A stretch of 64,000 nt of DNA from an uncultured Microthrixaceae bacterium. Its GTDB lineage: Bacteria; Actinomycetota; Acidimicrobiia; Acidimicrobiales; VFJN01. Under the pieces are notes generated by a model. It saw only the letters and a list, made by a program, of their open reading frames with translations. It did no database searches and was not told where the DNA came from. Shown here piece after piece: positions 63,478 through 64,000 of this stretch. The position numbers were made by a program, and so were the translations under genes. The stretch lies in contig OY970242.1 of the NCBI GenBank assembly GCA_963715505.1, positions 2,683,788 to 2,747,787 of the forward strand, in the 5' to 3' direction. Numbering within the stretch: position 1 is the first letter of the stretch; each line of letters starts with the position of its first letter.

Positions 63478-64000
63478 CCGAGGCCCGCGACAAGCGCTGC
63501 ACCGAGGACGAAGCCGTCGCCGAGCTGCGCTCGGGCATGACGATCGGCTTCGGCGGCTGGGGATCGCGGCGCAAGCCGATGTCGATCGTGCGGGCCATCC
63601 TGCGCAGCGACCTGACCGACCTGACCGTCGTGTCGTGGGGCGGGCCCGACGTGGGCCTGCTCTGCGCGGCGGGCAAGGTGAAGCGGCTGCTCTACGCCTT
63701 CGTGTCGCTCGACTCGATCCCCCTCGAGCCGCACTTCCGGGCCGCACGCCAGAGCGGTGCGATCGAGGACGAGCCCTACGACGAGGGCATGTTCCTGCTC
63801 GGCCTGCAGGCGGCGGCGTGGCGGGTGCCGTTCCTGCCGACGCGGGTCGGGCTGGGTTCGGACCTGCTGCGCGACAACCCCCGCCTGCGCACGGTCACCT
63901 CGCCCTACGACGACGGCGAGGAGCTCGTGGCAGCACCCGCCATCACGATGGACGCCGCCTTCGTGCACATGAACCGCGCCGACGCCCGCGGCAACGGCCA
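63474..64000 (+). CDS. CoA-transferase subunit A (IpdA-like); C-terminus outside the window
   Basis: Its ATG overlaps the echA stop (ATGA). Sequence: AVAELRSGMTIGFGGWGSRRKPMSIVRAILRS..LTVVSWGG.... Confidence 0.75.
   Translation, partial: MTEARDKRCTEDEAVAELRSGMTIGFGGWGSRRKPMSIVRAILRSDLTDLTVVSWGGPDVGLLCAAGKVKRLLYAFVSLDSIPLEPHFRAARQSGAIEDEPYDEGMFLLGLQAAAWRVPFLPTRVGLGSDLLRDNPRLRTVTSPYDDGEELVAAPAITMDAAFVHMNRADARGNG

Overview
This is a very GC-rich (by eye above 70% G+C), Actinomycetota-type chromosomal segment, densely coding on both strands. Most long ORFs in the six-frame track are shadow ORFs, and about 65 genes are credible.

Content from left to right:
- Fe-S cluster maintenance genes (mrp/apbC, a SufR-like regulator, erpA), followed by RidA.
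- A nitrogen-assimilation island: glnR-like regulator, three glutamine synthetases (GlnA2-like, GSII, GSI), then glnE and nadE further right.
- An intact IS481-family element inserted exactly at the overlapping stop codons of a STAS gene and a PAS-GGDEF gene.
- An ArsR/CadI metal module, trkAH, and two heterodimeric-type ABC exporter genes.
- A three-gene ferritin-like (DUF455) operon.
- An ECF sigma/anti-sigma pair, a SigB-like sigma factor and a HAD-IB hydrolase.
- A complete actinobacterial Tad/Flp pilus operon, directly followed by an LPXTG protein, a class E sortase and an FN3 protein.
- An MrfA-like DUF1998 helicase and a STAS/RsbW pair.
- recR-ybaB-dnaX with SRP RNA, two tRNA-Ser genes and tadA.
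- A lipid/steroid-type beta-oxidation block (ACAD, SDR, MaoC, DUF35 + thiolase-like, echA, CoA-transferase).

Most notable non-gene signals:
1. A dispersed ~50-nt hairpin repeat family with an invariant GGTCTTG loop (4 copies).
2. A CTGACG-N3-CGTCAG palindrome upstream of three catabolic operons.
3. A promoter-plus-terminator-bounded candidate sRNA next to recR.
4. Five independent apparent +1 frameshifts, in fxsA, a hypothetical gene, a STAS gene, a caspase-like peptidase and an ABC exporter.

No CRISPR array or rRNA was seen. All calls rest on reading the sequence and on recalled family motifs. No database search was run.
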